Shown here: one piece after another, positions 38,801 to 51,601 of the stretch | How positions within the stretch are numbered: position 1 is the first letter of the stretch | How the letters are laid out: the number at the start of each line of letters is the position of its first letter | Assembly (NCBI GenBank): GCA_002633005.1 | Contig: NMRA01000427.1 | Location: forward strand, 197,887-261,886 | DNA from: Phoronis australis | Taxonomy: Eukaryota > Animalia > Phoronida | DNA: 64,000 nucleotides | Direction of reading: 5' to 3' | Translations under genes and position numbers: made by a program | Notes under the pieces: generated by a model | Told to the model about the DNA's origin: nothing | What the model saw: only the letters and a program-made list of their open reading frames with translations | Database searches by the model: none

Positions 38801-39245
38801 ATGTTACACAATCGTTAAACGGCATTTGCGGGGCATTTCCTGCGACAACATTTCGATCCTTTATCTCCACTTAGTCATGATACCATTTAGCACATACTTC
38901 GTGTACACATATTCTCCAGAAAATTTCAATTTGTCCTTAACTTACATATTTTGGAGTGAGAAGCCCTGGACTTCACGCAAGAACATTACGATTCCTTGAG
39001 TATGTTGGAGGCCTCCTCATCATTTTGGACACTACCAGTCACAGCCCAGTGAAATCTAGTGTTTGAAGTACCACTTCAGTGTGCGCCAGGTGAAAATTGT
39101 CCCATTCACAAGTCGCTTACTCTTGCATTACTTGTTCGACATTATCCATTGATACAGAGAGGGTCTCAATTTTGGATTCATCAAGAACAAAGTGGGAAAT
39201 TTCCCTCAAGCAGTATTTCTATCCTCCCTTCAAGGAGGGCTCAAC
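35890..39245 (-). repeat. Right copy of the inverted segmental duplication (interrupted by LINE 35977-37722)
   Basis: Reverse-complement similarity to 1-1755 on both sides of the LINE. Confidence 0.88.
35977..37722 (+). mobile_element. 5'-truncated CR1-group LINE (RT domain plus 3' UTR), degenerate
   Basis: FLDIASAFECVPH, GVSKGRVLGP, YINDL, YADD and HLGILLD motifs in ORF 35748-36992; AATAAA at ~37704; degenerate 14-bp TSD (35963-35976 / 37723-37736). Confidence 0.92.
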
Positions 39246-40244
39246 CCGAGAGAGGGGTCAGTGATACGTAAAACATAAAAGAATGTCGATTGATCCCATC
39301 GTTTGTACCTCTCTTATAGACATGACTTCATATGTTTATTTTGTTGTTCTATTTATTTACTATTGGATAACACATGATTGATAAAACCAGGTTAGAGTAG
39401 TGATGGTGTAATTTGTTTACAATAGAATACTGGAGAACATTCTAGAATGTTCCATGAGGCCAGGCAAGTGATGACGTAATTTGTTCACTATTGAATACCA
39501 GAGGATATTCTAGACGAATCGTCCATCACATAAGTAATAAGAAAATGGAACCATAGCCTGGGATATTCTAGAGCCTTGTTTAGGTTTACAGAAATCTGCT
39601 AAGCTCTAGAAAGTGTTTGTTCACTGGTGAAAAGTTACAGAACGCTGTTAGAGGTCATAAACCTTAGGACACGATTTAATGTAAGTCAGTTGGAGTAGAA
39701 GTCGAGTTGAGTTAGAGTTAGTAGTAGTAGTAATACACTTTATTCACGTTAAGACAAAAATACAAATTAACGCTTATGGAGACCCCGAGAAGGACCAGAA
39801 GGATCCGCTGACCATAGAGCCACCAGAGAAATAATAAAAAATACAATGTTATAGATAACCAGAAATACAAAAATTAGGTGATGATGCAATTTAAAGCTAC
39901 TAAAGAAAAGGACTAGGAGATTATCGTAAATAGTTTCATACAAAGGAGTTGGCAATAGTGCACTCAAGTTCATATCTTTCAAAACAAACATTTTTAAAAC
40001 AATTTATAACAGAGGATAACCAATGGGTAAAAAATTTCTGAGAAACGCTTTCAGGAAAGCTATTAATGATATGAGGTAAAGCATTGCGAACTGAGTCTTC
40101 AGCAAATGATTTAGTACGAGGAGAGTGTAGAAGATGTCGTTGCCTAGTGTAATGCTCATGACCAGGCTCACGGATTATTAAATGGAACGTGTTAAAAGTG
40201 AAGGTAAGTAATTATGTACATATTTGTAGAAAGGTTTCATAATA

Positions 40245-40362
40245 CATGGGCGGCGAAGCACTGAAAAAAGTGGGGGGCTATAGCCTCCCAGCCCCCCTGT
40301 GATGCACCGCCCATATACCATGGGCGCCGGAACACTGAAAAAAGTGAGGTGCACCGCCCATG
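40245..40362. mobile_element. Two adjacent tiny TIR elements (catgggcg...cgcccat[a/g]), 71 and 44 bp
   Basis: 40245-40315 and 40319-40362 share cactgaaaaaagtg and tgcaccgcccat. Confidence 0.7.
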
Positions 40363-40374
40363 TAATAGCAACAA

Positions 40375-41090
40375 CTTTCAGTACCCTATTGACTAATTCT
40401 AGGGGATAGCCATTCTTTTGCAATCGTTGTAAGTTTTTTTAATATTAGAATCAAATCTAGCCTAAATGTTGTTAATGCGATATACTCTATCTTTATAAAC
40501 AAAGGATGTGTTTACTTACAACGAATTTGCAAGATTGATCAACGGAAACTCAACGAAATGGTGAATGCTTACTGTGATAAATTAAGAGTTGTAGTAACAT
40601 TCAAGTATCTGAAACTGTCGAATTCATTTAACCCCAAGGACAAAATTTCTATGGGTCTACGGTCCAAGGTAGTGTACATATTTATCTGTGCTGGATGTGG
40701 CTTCAATTATATAGGCGAAACAGTTCGCCATTTGAAAGCCAGAACCAGGGAACATCTAAATTCTGACAGAGGTTCACATGTAAGTATTCACCTACAGTCA
40801 TTGTTATCAGCAATGCTCTTTCAATGACTTTGCTATAAAAGACCAAGCAGTAAAAACAAAGGAGCTTAAAATTCGTGACACTCTAAACATCAGTTGCTGC
40901 AAGCTTAATCTCAATAGGCAACTGGCACACCACAGGTTGTCATTGTTGGTCTAGTTTATTGTCACTTCCTGTAACTGACTGTATCTGTGCTTCATTACTT
41001 GTTGCTGGGCCTAGCTAAGTGGCCACTATATTCTCTCTTCTTCTGATGATGGTATTTAAATAAATGACACCGAAACATGTCAAGCCTTTT
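40375..41090 (+). mobile_element. Penelope-like retroelement 3' fragment (GIY-YIG endonuclease plus pLTR) with an inverted 5' piece
   Basis: SKVVYIFICAGCGFNYIGETVRHLKARTREH (+, 40558-40827); KNGYPLELVNR on the minus strand at ~40380-40423; LNRQL end followed by the pLTR. Confidence 0.9.
41040..41084 (+). ncRNA. Minimal type-I hammerhead ribozyme motif in the Penelope pLTR (intact core, palindromic ACATGT helix III)
   Basis: ctt-CTGATGA-t-ggt...acc-GAAAC-at-GTC-aag; predicted cleavage after 41081. Confidence 0.75.
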
Positions 41091-44000
41091 TTAAAAAAAG
41101 TCTCCTAGCACTTTTCATAACTTTTTTTAGAATAAAGCTATAGGTTTTTAGTTTTGTTTTCAATGAGATAAAGTTGCTAGCACTTTGGGGTTGACTTGAG
41201 TCATTTACAAAGCCTGCCTCTATACCTAAGAGGGTTTAAAATACCTTGGGAGACCCAAAGATTGTTTTTGTGCATATATTTATTGAATCTTACTTTTCTT
41301 AATGTACTGAGCTTATTCAAACAAGCAATAACATAGTCCTGAATTAAATTATAGTTCATACTGGGATCACCATTCAAATTTCATCATATAACTTTTTCAA
41401 ACAATCGTCATTACTGACTTTTCTGAAAGCAAACTTGGGAGCTCTTGCCTTTTTAAATGTTCTCTTAAAACAAGAGAAAATAGGTAAATGATGAGAGATA
41501 TTAGAAAAATAGATCTCGGAAAATGGATCAATGTTAGAACAGGTATTAAATTTGTAGAAATTGTTGTCAATGAGTGAAGCACAAAACTCAGAGAAACGAG
41601 TGGGAAAAATAATCGCTGGAGAAAAAACATTTCTCCAAACAAGGGCCTCTCATCCACTTTGAAGAGGTTGATATTAAAATAGAGTTGCGTTGTGTTGCAG
41701 TCACAAAGTCAACAGCTACAGCGTTTGTCGACAGAAAGTAAGCTATAGAGACTGCAGTTACTGGACGTGAGTGAAGAATCCATCACAAGTCGAGGCTTCG
41801 CACCACTGGCTGGAGCATAAAACAGACATTACGCCGGATGTTTTGTTAGAGCTCGACTTGTAAATGTATTGTCGAGATGAATAAAGTGATTAACTCGAAC
41901 CAGTCTTCACCCTGCCATCCCACTAAAACCCATATTATCACCGGTCAGTGACAACGTGCGCCCACCTATCCACGCGGGATAAAACGTGGCAATGGCACGA
42001 AAGGGTGTATTACTTTCAGAAATCTGCACAACATTGAGACCTGACTCTATCAACGGATGTCCATCCGAGGCCAACTTATTGCTTCCGGTACTTTTTTAAA
42101 AAGGTTCCCATGACGTCAGTACTTTTTGCGGTTATAAAAGTCCAGGGAAAGGTAGATTTTGATAAACAACCGAATTTGCAAAATCGCTTTATACACTTGA
42201 TTTTAGATTTACAAGAAAATTGGTCTCTGTTTTCCACACCATCTAGCTGATAAATAAACAAGATGGAGACCGATTTGCTTGGACTGACGTTGTCTATGTT
42301 AATCGGCCTCAGAAAAGTATAACTGTTCTACAATTCAAAATACAGTATACAGAGAAGCTGCGATTTGAATATGATAAACAGCTATTTGAAAATAGCTCAT
42401 TTGTTTTGTCGCAATTCTTCATCTAGGAATATTCAGTAAAGATATCGAATTCTCTTTGCTAATTCCTGACCTTAGACAGGTGTAACAGGGTGACGAAATC
42501 AACTTTTTGTTGCAATTTGTATTCACCAATTTGATGAATGCATTAATAATGAAACCAGTACTATCGGACCGTGACGTGTGACTGGCAAGTTAAAGGGCAT
42601 ACGACTGGCATTCACTATCATAGACGCCACAGATGAAAAAGTGAGGAAAAATGTCACACGTGTACCTGTATTATTTGTTATGCAGAACATATCCTACAGT
42701 ATATGAATTTAACAAAATAAAACGACGCTTGTTTGACTCGTTGTACTCACCTTTGGGAATTGGGCTCATTCGCCGTTCATAGGAAGAGTCAAATGAGAAA
42801 TGCATGAATGTTTGTCTTAATGTTTCGAGTCTTTGGTCACATCTCAGGCTACTTTGACAAAATTGCCAACAAGCCTTTCAAAATGTATTTCGCCTATGGC
42901 TTGCGGAGGTCGTCGACAATTCGCTAACTTCATGGGACTCATGTCATGAAGATCGTTTTACTTTCCCCACCAGCTACACTCAATAGGCAATTTTATCATT
43001 TACAACGGGAACACACAAAACTTTCATACTACAAATAGAAAGTCTGTTTTAAAAACATGGAATAAATTTGTGCGTTTTCTCGTTGGATTGCCGGTTTGTC
43101 TCTATACAAATTTCTTTAAACCATGGCCTGTGAAATAGAAAGTTAACAACTTTTAGATTTGTGAGAAAGGATCTTGTAAGAGCAAATCTTTTCCAGGGCA
43201 TCTCGGATGTTTTTGTATCTTAAAATAAATTCTCGAATGTGAAAGTTGCCTGTGTATGTGCGTACAGTACTTCACAATCATTACATGGTAACGTAAGCTG
43301 GATGCGTAAGAATTACTTTTTCTTGTGTCTGAAAACCTTTTCTGTTCAGTTAAGTGTTTCGTCGTTACGGCACGACGAAATTTCCGTAGCAGGCTGTTTT
43401 GCTACAAGTTAATTAGTTTTAAGTTCTGAATCAAAACACTTTTGTGTACATTTTCTCGTTTCCTGCCTACTGGTCTCCTTAAATATGCTGCATTCACCAA
43501 ACAAGCTCTCAATACTTGCAATGGTCAAATTAACGTCAGTATCTACATGTATCTCAGTTATTTCTCTTGTTCGAGTCGCAACGTTATTGCTTCCACCAAA
43601 ACTATTAAAGTCGTCCCTTGTTCATGATTCCAAAGGTATCTTATGCATTAATCGTAATTTTGTGAATCCCGTTCCTTCTCACAGTTAGCCACGACGCTAA
43701 ATCGTCGTGAGAGACCGTCTGGAGTTGGTATATGGTGCAACTCCGGCCGGTCTGGGCTCAACAGAAAATCACAGTTCTTCTGTGAGCCTACACCAATGTG
43801 ATAAACGAGACAAGTTCTACTAGCTGCATTAGTTGCAGGTATCATTATCTCTTTTATGACACAAAATGTGTATCTGGGCAAAGCCTTTTCAAGCTAGTGT
43901 ACATGTATGTAAATCAGTGCAGCGTGAGACCCATGAGGTCCCTGTCAAGTCCTCACGACAATTCTACGTTATGAAAATTAAACTCACATCTTATAGGAAA

Positions 44001-46574
44001 GTGTTTTCCATAATTAACGTTGGTAACTTCAAACAGCAATACATTATTAATCAAATTCTATGTAAACATGAGGTCAATAGTGCATGATACAGTGTAGGTA
44101 TGTGTGTTCAACTGATAAATCAGGGCTTTTTTCTATCATTAAGTTTAACAACGTTATTTATGATACACATACTGATCAAAGGTCTGTTAAAATTATTTAC
44201 AACGCTGTCCACACTGTGGCGTTTTTCACTAACAACACAAGATATAATGCACCAGGTGAAATTTCAAGCTAATCATTAAGTATTCAAGTACCAGCGTTCA
44301 CATGTCCCATTACAAATATTTTGATACGGCAATAGACGTTTTGCACAAAACAATACATTCTGAAAAATTGCAATCGTTCATGCATAATCTTAGGTAACCA
44401 TACAGTAGATCACTGGGATGGACAATACATACATGTTCAACAAACTACTAAATTTTCTGAGTAACCTAATTTTCTTACACAAATTCCTAATCAAACCGTC
44501 TCGTCAAAGTTGATTATGAACATTTTTTGTTTTTCTTGCTGCCATGTACATGTATACATGTAATTGCACGTGTGCTCAACATCAGACAATTTTGGAAACG
44601 CAATATCCATGTCAACAGTGATGATGGGTTTAGACTCGTCAATTAGTCTCCACAATATTCAAAATTTGAAAACGCGATAGGTTCACTTTCTGTGTGAAGT
44701 AAAGATATACTCAATGACAATTCTAAAGTAATTTCGAACAGTTAAAGCAAGAAAATTGCCATTTGAAATGCTATTTGTACAACTCCATTAAAAATGTAAC
44801 TGATCGAAATACAAAACAATCGATTTGAACACAATGAAGCCCTCAAGAATGAAAAGAAAAGTTGAAGTTTCTTCCGTTTCCAGAAATTTTGTCAAATATT
44901 CATATTTTCTGGTACAAAAAGCACAGTGACGGAAATCACGAACTCACCGGGTAAGCGCTTCTATAGTAGCTAAAAAAGAGGCTCCTACCAATAAACAAAA
45001 CGGGATGGTGTGGTAAAGACGGTTTTGTAAATCATGGTTGTATTAATAGCTACAGTCATCTTGTTATGCATACGTTTGTGCAGGACGTACGCTGTCTTCC
45101 GGGGCTAGTTCGGCCATGGGGCATACACGGAAACTGGTCACATCTTGTATAAAAAGCTAGAGACAGCGTTAGTGTCACTTGTCAAAAACCCATTTTGTGT
45201 AAGATCACTCAGAGTTCAAAATAGTGGAATTTTGAAAGTGGTCGGCACATCACATTAGGAAGTTAAGATCAATTTCTAGACTAGCAAAGTTGCCGCTTCT
45301 AAATTTCTCTCTACGTTTTACCGATCAAAACCATTTGCATGTAGGTAGAGACACGGTGTTTAAAAACGATATTATAGTCATTCGTGTTCTTGGACCTGCC
45401 ACGGAATATTTCTGGAAATCCTGGCAGTGGTTTAGTCGTCAATTTAGAACGGTTCAACACGCACTTTTCCATAAAGTAGTAGTTTTCTTCATTTTTGGTC
45501 TTTCCTAGACTATATGTACAGTTATATTGTTATGTTCAACTATTTGCGGTAAAAATCTAATTATTAAATATGTTAACATATTGCCCCAACTTCACGAGAA
45601 CAAGCACGCATACGTAAGCGCATGCGCCATGTCAGTGCAAAACATACCAGTAACTTCTCATTTGTTTTGGCTCCCCATAGTGTTCAAAGTATTAGTCATT
45701 ACGTAAGCGTTTGAATCAATGGGCTGGTTAGTGCACGTAAATACGGAAATCTGTTCAGTACGGGTCCAAAGTTACATGTACCCCCGGGGTCTTGCTAAAC
45801 TTGTTCCGTCGTGGGGCGTCAAGTTCGACCTTTTAGGCAGAAAAATATTAATATTCAGGCATTTAAAATGCAGTATACTGCTTTGAAGCATTTTGAATAT
45901 GATAAATAGGTTTTTGATGATACTTCGCCGTTTGACGAAATTGATGTATTTGACCCTTTCGTCTGCATAATTGCGCATCTAGGTTAATCGTTTCTGTCCG
46001 GCATACTTCTAGTAATTTACAGTACAAGACATGACAAGTTCGCATTCTTTTTACCCTACCTAAACAAATTCAGCAGGAAGACGAAGTCAATTTTTGGTGC
46101 CATCTGAGTACAGGAACCGGAAATGCAACAATAATGAAAGTAAAACTAGAATGCCGTGATCTGAGACAGTCATGGATAGCATACATGTAGATGATGCATG
46201 AATGTGGCCAACAGGTGGTGTGCAGACCAGACTTCGGTTTGCACCATCATATAAACCAAGAAGGACGGGTGACAGTTGAGGCAAATTATCGTGCATTTAT
46301 TATTTGAGGGCAACACGTTCCACATAATACAAAGAAAAGGAAGCAGAGCTGGTTTTAATTTGCACAGTGTCAATCTAACATTTGAGAATTGGTCTAATTC
46401 TCCGTTCGTAAAGACGGTTAGACGAGATGACGTACCTTTGAGCTAGGAGGTTTGTCTTAATATTTCTGAATTTATTGTCACATGCATGGCTACCCTGATG
46501 GCTTCCCAAATAGCATGTCACGAACGTCGAGCGGAGGTTGTTGACTTATCGTCAAGATCGATGGGCACTAACTA

Positions 46575-46730
46575 GGCGTGCGTTCAGTAGACGCTAGGAC
46601 CTACGCTAGGACCTAGCTAAAAGCTAGTCAATGTCACGTGTTCTGATTTATAATACACGGCAATATCTCACGTAATCTCGCGAAGTCTTGCTTTTTAGCG
46701 AGGTCCTAGCGTTGCTGAACGGGAGGCAGG
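46575..46730 (+). mobile_element. 156-bp MITE, copy 2
   Basis: Homologous to 33690-33845. Confidence 0.85.
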
Positions 46731-47619
46731 ATTTATGCCACAACTGGCACACTAAAATTTTTCTCAATCGACAACCATACCCCGGCAATACACAATTTTA
46801 CTACTACAATAGCAACTAATCTGGCAAAAATTTGCATAGAAAAAATAAACGAAGAGCCTGCTTTTAACACAAAGATTCGATTTTTTTCGTGTTCACTCCT
46901 ACTTACCTGTTCACAAAGCTTTTCACAATCATCGTGTGGGGAGTAGAAAATTTCTAAGGTTTTGTGACTTGCATTCTCATACGGCAGAGCATCTCAGATG
47001 TTTCCGTATTTTCACTTCTGTAACGAGTGTGAAAACTGCAAGTACGAACTTCATTCATTACATGAAAGCATTCCATAGGTTTCTTGCGAGAAAATTGAGA
47101 TCGCACAAGATCACGTAAAATCCCGCGAGTAAAAGGCGAGTGCTTCGCAAGCATGCTTCGTACTCAGCCACATAGAGGTCATCGGAAGTCCGAGTGGTCA
47201 ACAAGATTAGAATTTTGAATTAGATAGAACTCGTTCCATATAAGCTAATATTGCCCTTGGGATACATGTAGGTCCAGGTTCATCTTCTTCTTACCACCTG
47301 TGTCAGAGCCGGCACGGGGCTCACCCCATGCTCGTTCAGTGGGCTCCGGGCAGAGCTGCCCAATGGGCTCCTGTACATGTACGTGTTAAGATGGCCGTGA
47401 CAGTTCGAGGCAACGTCCGATAGAAAGGTCACTCGCGTGCAGAAGTGTAGCCTAATTACATGTGGGCCTACATTTTATCGGTCGTCTGCGTTTGTTGTGT
47501 TGTGAATCTGTTAAAGATAACAGGAGGTTTGTTTGATTATAAATGTACTATTAAGAGTGAATACCTTTTCCATGCTTATCTATCCGTGGTCAATTCTGCT
47601 TACAACCGTCATAGCGTGG

Positions 47620-47835
47620 TTTAAGGCAGTCCCGGATATTACACAGCGACACTCGAATCTCGCCGTAAACATTCGTCGGGCCTCGTTTTCGTCCCACTGG
47701 AGTTTCACAGGTTTTAGTTCTAAGTGTATGATTCTTCCTATTTTCCCTTGTATTACTCTATTCGTCCTTCCAATGCCAACGACGTGAAAAGCTTTGATAA
47801 ACTGGACAAAAATACCCGTGGATGCATGATTTGAA
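47620..47835 (+). repeat. Old dispersed repeat, homologous to ~34140-34410
   Basis: Shared blocks attacacag(t/c)gacactc, ccactggagtt, attactct(g/a)ttcgtcctt(t/c)caatgccaacga, tttgataaact...aaaaatacccgtggat. Confidence 0.75.
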
Positions 47836-48102
47836 ATTCTTCGCCTTCCTGGCGACAACAATGAGATACAAAAAATGTACCTGGGGTCTGTTCCAAGAAA
47901 CTGAATTAAGTTCATTTTTTACTTAAGTTTAATATTTGTCTTAGCTTCCAGACTTTGAAACTTTACATTCGGTAAGTAAGTCAAAATTAAGACAAAACAC
48001 TTAAGTCAAACTTTCTTGAATTGGTTTTGAGACAAATTTAATTTTTATTTTAACATTTAAAAAAATTTAAGATTTGTCTTAGCTAAGTCAGTTTTCATTA
48101 CA

Positions 48103-48192
48103 GCGTTTTCCCGTTGCTCCCAACTTGTTCGATTCTATAGCCCAACAACAAGTTGGGAAGTTTACCCCTGTAGCCAATATCTTACACGACTG
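48103..48192 (-). repeat. ~90-bp dispersed repeat, copy 2
   Basis: One mismatch to 15002-15091. Confidence 0.85.
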
Positions 48193-48199
48193 CGATGAA

Positions 48200-49735
48200 T
48201 TTTCAGTCATCCAGTTGACTAATAATATGCAGAAAAATGAATCAATTACTGGACTTACAGTTTATTGGGATGGCTACGTTACGTCCTCGTCTCAAGGACT
48301 TTATTCATGAGGCCACTGAGGTGTCACGTAACTCGTCATGTGATCCACAGCACACTTTGCGCGGGATACTCCTTAGTGCCTTATCCCACGTCATTGGCAA
48401 CAAAAACCTCAGGCCCCCCTGTCTGTTTAGGCTAGGATTCTCAACTCTTTCATAAATTGCTTCCTTGAACCAATTCTCCTCTCTTTCCAGAATCGTGACA
48501 TCATCCAGGGAGAAAGAGTGGTCTGTGGCTGCTATATGACTAAAATCCGCAGAATCATAGCAGTCCCCATAAATGGGCCTACGATGTTGATTGATACGAC
48601 TTTTCAGGGCTTGTTTGGTTTCCCCAATGTATGCTTTTCCCCACCCTGGTTCCGAGCATGAAATGTCATACACCACATTTGATTTTTTCTCTTTCGTGGT
48701 CTTATCTTTCACAATCATCAGCTGACTCCTTATGGTGTTAATTGGTTTGAAAGCAACAGAAATATTGTGGCCCCTCATATGAGATTTAACTTGGTAGGAG
48801 ATCCCTAGCACAAAAGGTAATGTTATCCTTGTGTTCCCCTTGTAGTCAGACTGCGTGTTCTGTGGCCTGACTCCGCAATGGTTTGCCTTGTGGAATGACC
48901 ACTCAGGATAGCCATATCACTTTATACTGTTCTGTTGTAATCCAATTCAAGGTCAGTTCCCTCCTCCGTGTTGGGGATGGTTTTCGCTCAATAGTCCAGC
49001 GTTCTAATCCCGCCCAGTTTGTGTATTAAAGAGTGATTGGAGTCAAACGGAAGATAGCAGTCCGTGTAAGTGGGCTTCCTTTAAACATTGGTCTTAATAC
49101 GCTTGTCTACAATAGTCAAAAATAGAATCTAGGAACAGCAAAGAATTGTCTCTAGTAAACTTGACATTGGTGTCACATCGATTAATGTGTTAGAACAGCC
49201 CTATCTTTTCAGAATTTTTGAGCACTACAAACGTGTCATCTACATATCACAGCCAGATTCTAGGTAGAACTCCATCATAGGATGCTAACGTCTTCCTCTC
49301 AAAGTTCTCCATGTACGTGTATAAGTTCACCACAATCGGGGAAACAGGAGATCCCATGGCACATCCACTGGACTGGATGTAGATGTTCCCGTCAAAAGAG
49401 AAGAAAGTGGACTTAAGTGTTAGCTCCAGTAGCTGGCAAATTTTGTCTACCGATAGGGTGGTTCTGTCACTCAGGGAATTATCCTGCTGTAGGTGTTCTC
49501 TCACAACCGTGAAAGCGTCATCGGGGGTACACACGTAAACAAGGCACTCACATCATAAGAGGTAATGCTTTCATCTTCTTCCACCACTAGATTTTCTATG
49601 TACTTAACGAATGACTGAGTGTCTCGACACCATGTAAAGAACACTCAGTCATTCGTTAAGTACATAGAAAATCTAGTGGTGGAAGAAGATGAGAGCATTA
49701 GCTCCTAAGATGTGAGTGCCTTGTTTACGTGTGTA
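48200..49735 (-). mobile_element. Penelope-like retroelement (RT plus GIY-YIG), 5'-truncated and disabled, ending in a 95-bp fold-back
   Basis: ITSYDVSALFT, GCAMGSPVSPIVVNLY and YVDDTFV RT motifs; SNVVYDISC...AYIGETKQALKSRINQH and KEAIY...PSLNR endonuclease; frameshifts and stops. Confidence 0.93.
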
Positions 49736-49764
49736 CACCCCCCTCCCCCACCCCCGGAATACTT

Positions 49765-51500
49765 GACGTCACGATTCCTTTCTTACCATACGCACTGCTA
49801 CCTATAAGCTCCATCGTCTGCCTACAATACCTTTGTTTTTGTTTTTGTTCTTGTTTTTGTCCCCTTTCCCCCTAGCGTCGCTGACTTCCTCACCAAAACG
49901 CTCGAAACATTTTACGCAAGTGAATTCGACCATATGATAGACGTTTGTTATCTCTTGACCGTGTTCCAAGTGCCATTTCAAAAGCCAACAGAATTTTCTC
50001 ACCGAAGAAGCTTCCCACCAGAGATCGTCGTGATCGGCTCATGATTTTGTTTCTCTCAGCAAATTCCCGCAAAAAACATCTTTTGTCGTCTCCGCTGAAG
50101 TCTACGTTCTTGAATACAGGTTGTAATTTTGAAAAGTACTATCAGGTGCCTCGGGACTTCGATGCTACATTCCACAACCCCGAGCAGAGTACCATCTAGA
50201 GCGAATATCTATACTTGTTCGCTTGTCAAGCTGTAGAAAGGTTCCGTGGGTAAATCTCGTCTTCTGAGAAAAGACCGTAAGGTGTCGCCTTGCCTTTTCA
50301 AATACTCATGTTCACACTCACAGATCTCTTTGTAATCGAAGCCTTGTTCGATGATATAGTCTCTAATCTTTCTGGTGTTCTCCATAATCTCACTCATGGC
50401 GACGTGCCTGATTTCGTTCTTCGCCCTCGAAGTTCCCTCGTCTTTTCTCGTGAGAAGGCAGTCGTGGCCGTGCCAGTAACATCCTTGGAATTGGAATACT
50501 TTGTGCGACTGACGACAGAAACCGTCTATTGGAATACGACGCTGGCCCACTCTTTTTTCAACCGATTTGAACCGGTGACGAATACTGATTCAACGTTGCC
50601 ACGGTACATGTCCGTAATCTAACAAAGCAGTTACCTTTCATGCCTTGGGGAGGCAAAACTCTCGTTGGAAATTGTTTTCTTTCCTACGACGCATAGATGA
50701 TCCGGTTGGTTGCTCGTTAATGATACAGCGAAGGTACATCAAAACCCAGAATCTTTGACACCATCTTTGGACTTTTTCCCACGTTCTCGTTTTTTTCTCC
50801 ACTTTCCCTTTGGCGTATAAACGTCTTACCCTTTTCGTGGTGCCTGTGGAAAACAATCGTACACCTTCAAAACTTTGCATAGCTACAACCTGGGCCTAAG
50901 TAATTCACAAAGTCGAGAAATTTAAGTTGATCTGTTGTAAAGCACATGAAGGTATTGTTGTGCTTGATCACGAAACACAATGATCTTGCATTGATAAAAG
51001 TGTTGGAAAAATTGCTTCTTCATGGTATTCAGGTCGTAATTTCCAGAATTGAAACCAATCGTCGGCGGCATCTGTTTGAGGTAACGATCAAACTCGGCGG
51101 CCAGGTCTTGCAGGATGTGATGAGGAAGTTTGTCTTCTGTTTTAGCGTCTTCATCAACGTCATCCACTCCTCAGCGTCCTCTGCTACATCCCTACAAACC
51201 ATGTCTGGAATATGTTCAAAAACCCACGCAAACCTCTCTTTGAGTAGGCGCTATGTCTCGTCACTAATAACGACAAGATATCGAATCTTTTTTCTCGCTA
51301 CTTCTTTGGGGTCACTGCTAGATGCAAAACACTACGGATATTCAAACCCGTGGACGTTACTGGCCACAGAAACGCTCATGATTTCGTATTCTCTCTACCA
51401 GGTTAGTTTAGGACCTCCGGCTTTTTTCCGTTACTTTCGTGAACATCACTATATCACACTCCGCCCTGTAGGGGTAGTGCCAATCGCTTTCGGGAACGAC
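49765..51500 (-). pseudogene. Polinton/Maverick- or adintovirus-type protein-primed DNA polymerase B remnant
   Basis: SVSVASNVHG, IGFNSGNYDLN (exonuclease II), DGFC...FQFQGCYWHG (inserted nuclease-like motif), LLKWHLEHG...FGEEVSDAR and MELIGSSAYGK (motif B), with many frameshifts. Confidence 0.88.
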
Positions 51501-51601
51501 GTATCCCTCTTCTTTCGGTTTCTCGAAAACTGTGAGTGGTGCTTACGCCTTAACCAAGAAAAATATGTCTCACGCTGTTATCGCTGTTTGTGTCTAAATA
51601 T

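Larger units (their letters stand above)
39720..41679 (-). mobile_element. Internally deleted CR1/L2-group LINE remnant (APE endonuclease piece ~41340-41679; 3' end with AATAAA and (TAC)n tail at 39720-39745), itself interrupted by Penelope and MITE pieces
   Basis: FPTR...SLIDN...HHLPIF endonuclease-end motifs with frameshifts; HEHYTR...LH...RT C-terminal motif near 40100-40165. Confidence 0.65.
39262..41940 (+). mobile_element. Probable solo LTR (~710 bp after removing the nested insert 39720-41679)
   Basis: TGATA...TATCA ends, repeated ttctaga units in a U3-like part, AATAAA ~55 nt before the end; nested insert flanked by tagagtt (39713-39719 / 41680-41686); no clean outer TSD. Confidence 0.5.

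Noticed and set aside
43648-43881. 77-aa ORF containing CLVYHIGV, faintly methyltransferase-like
   Set aside because: No further motifs or compatible splice partners found.
48255-48315. Hammerhead in the pLTR of the 48.2-49.7 kb Penelope
   Set aside because: A stem-II-like gtcct...aggac is present, but both core boxes are non-canonical (no CUGANGA; GTAA instead of GAAA). At best a dead remnant.
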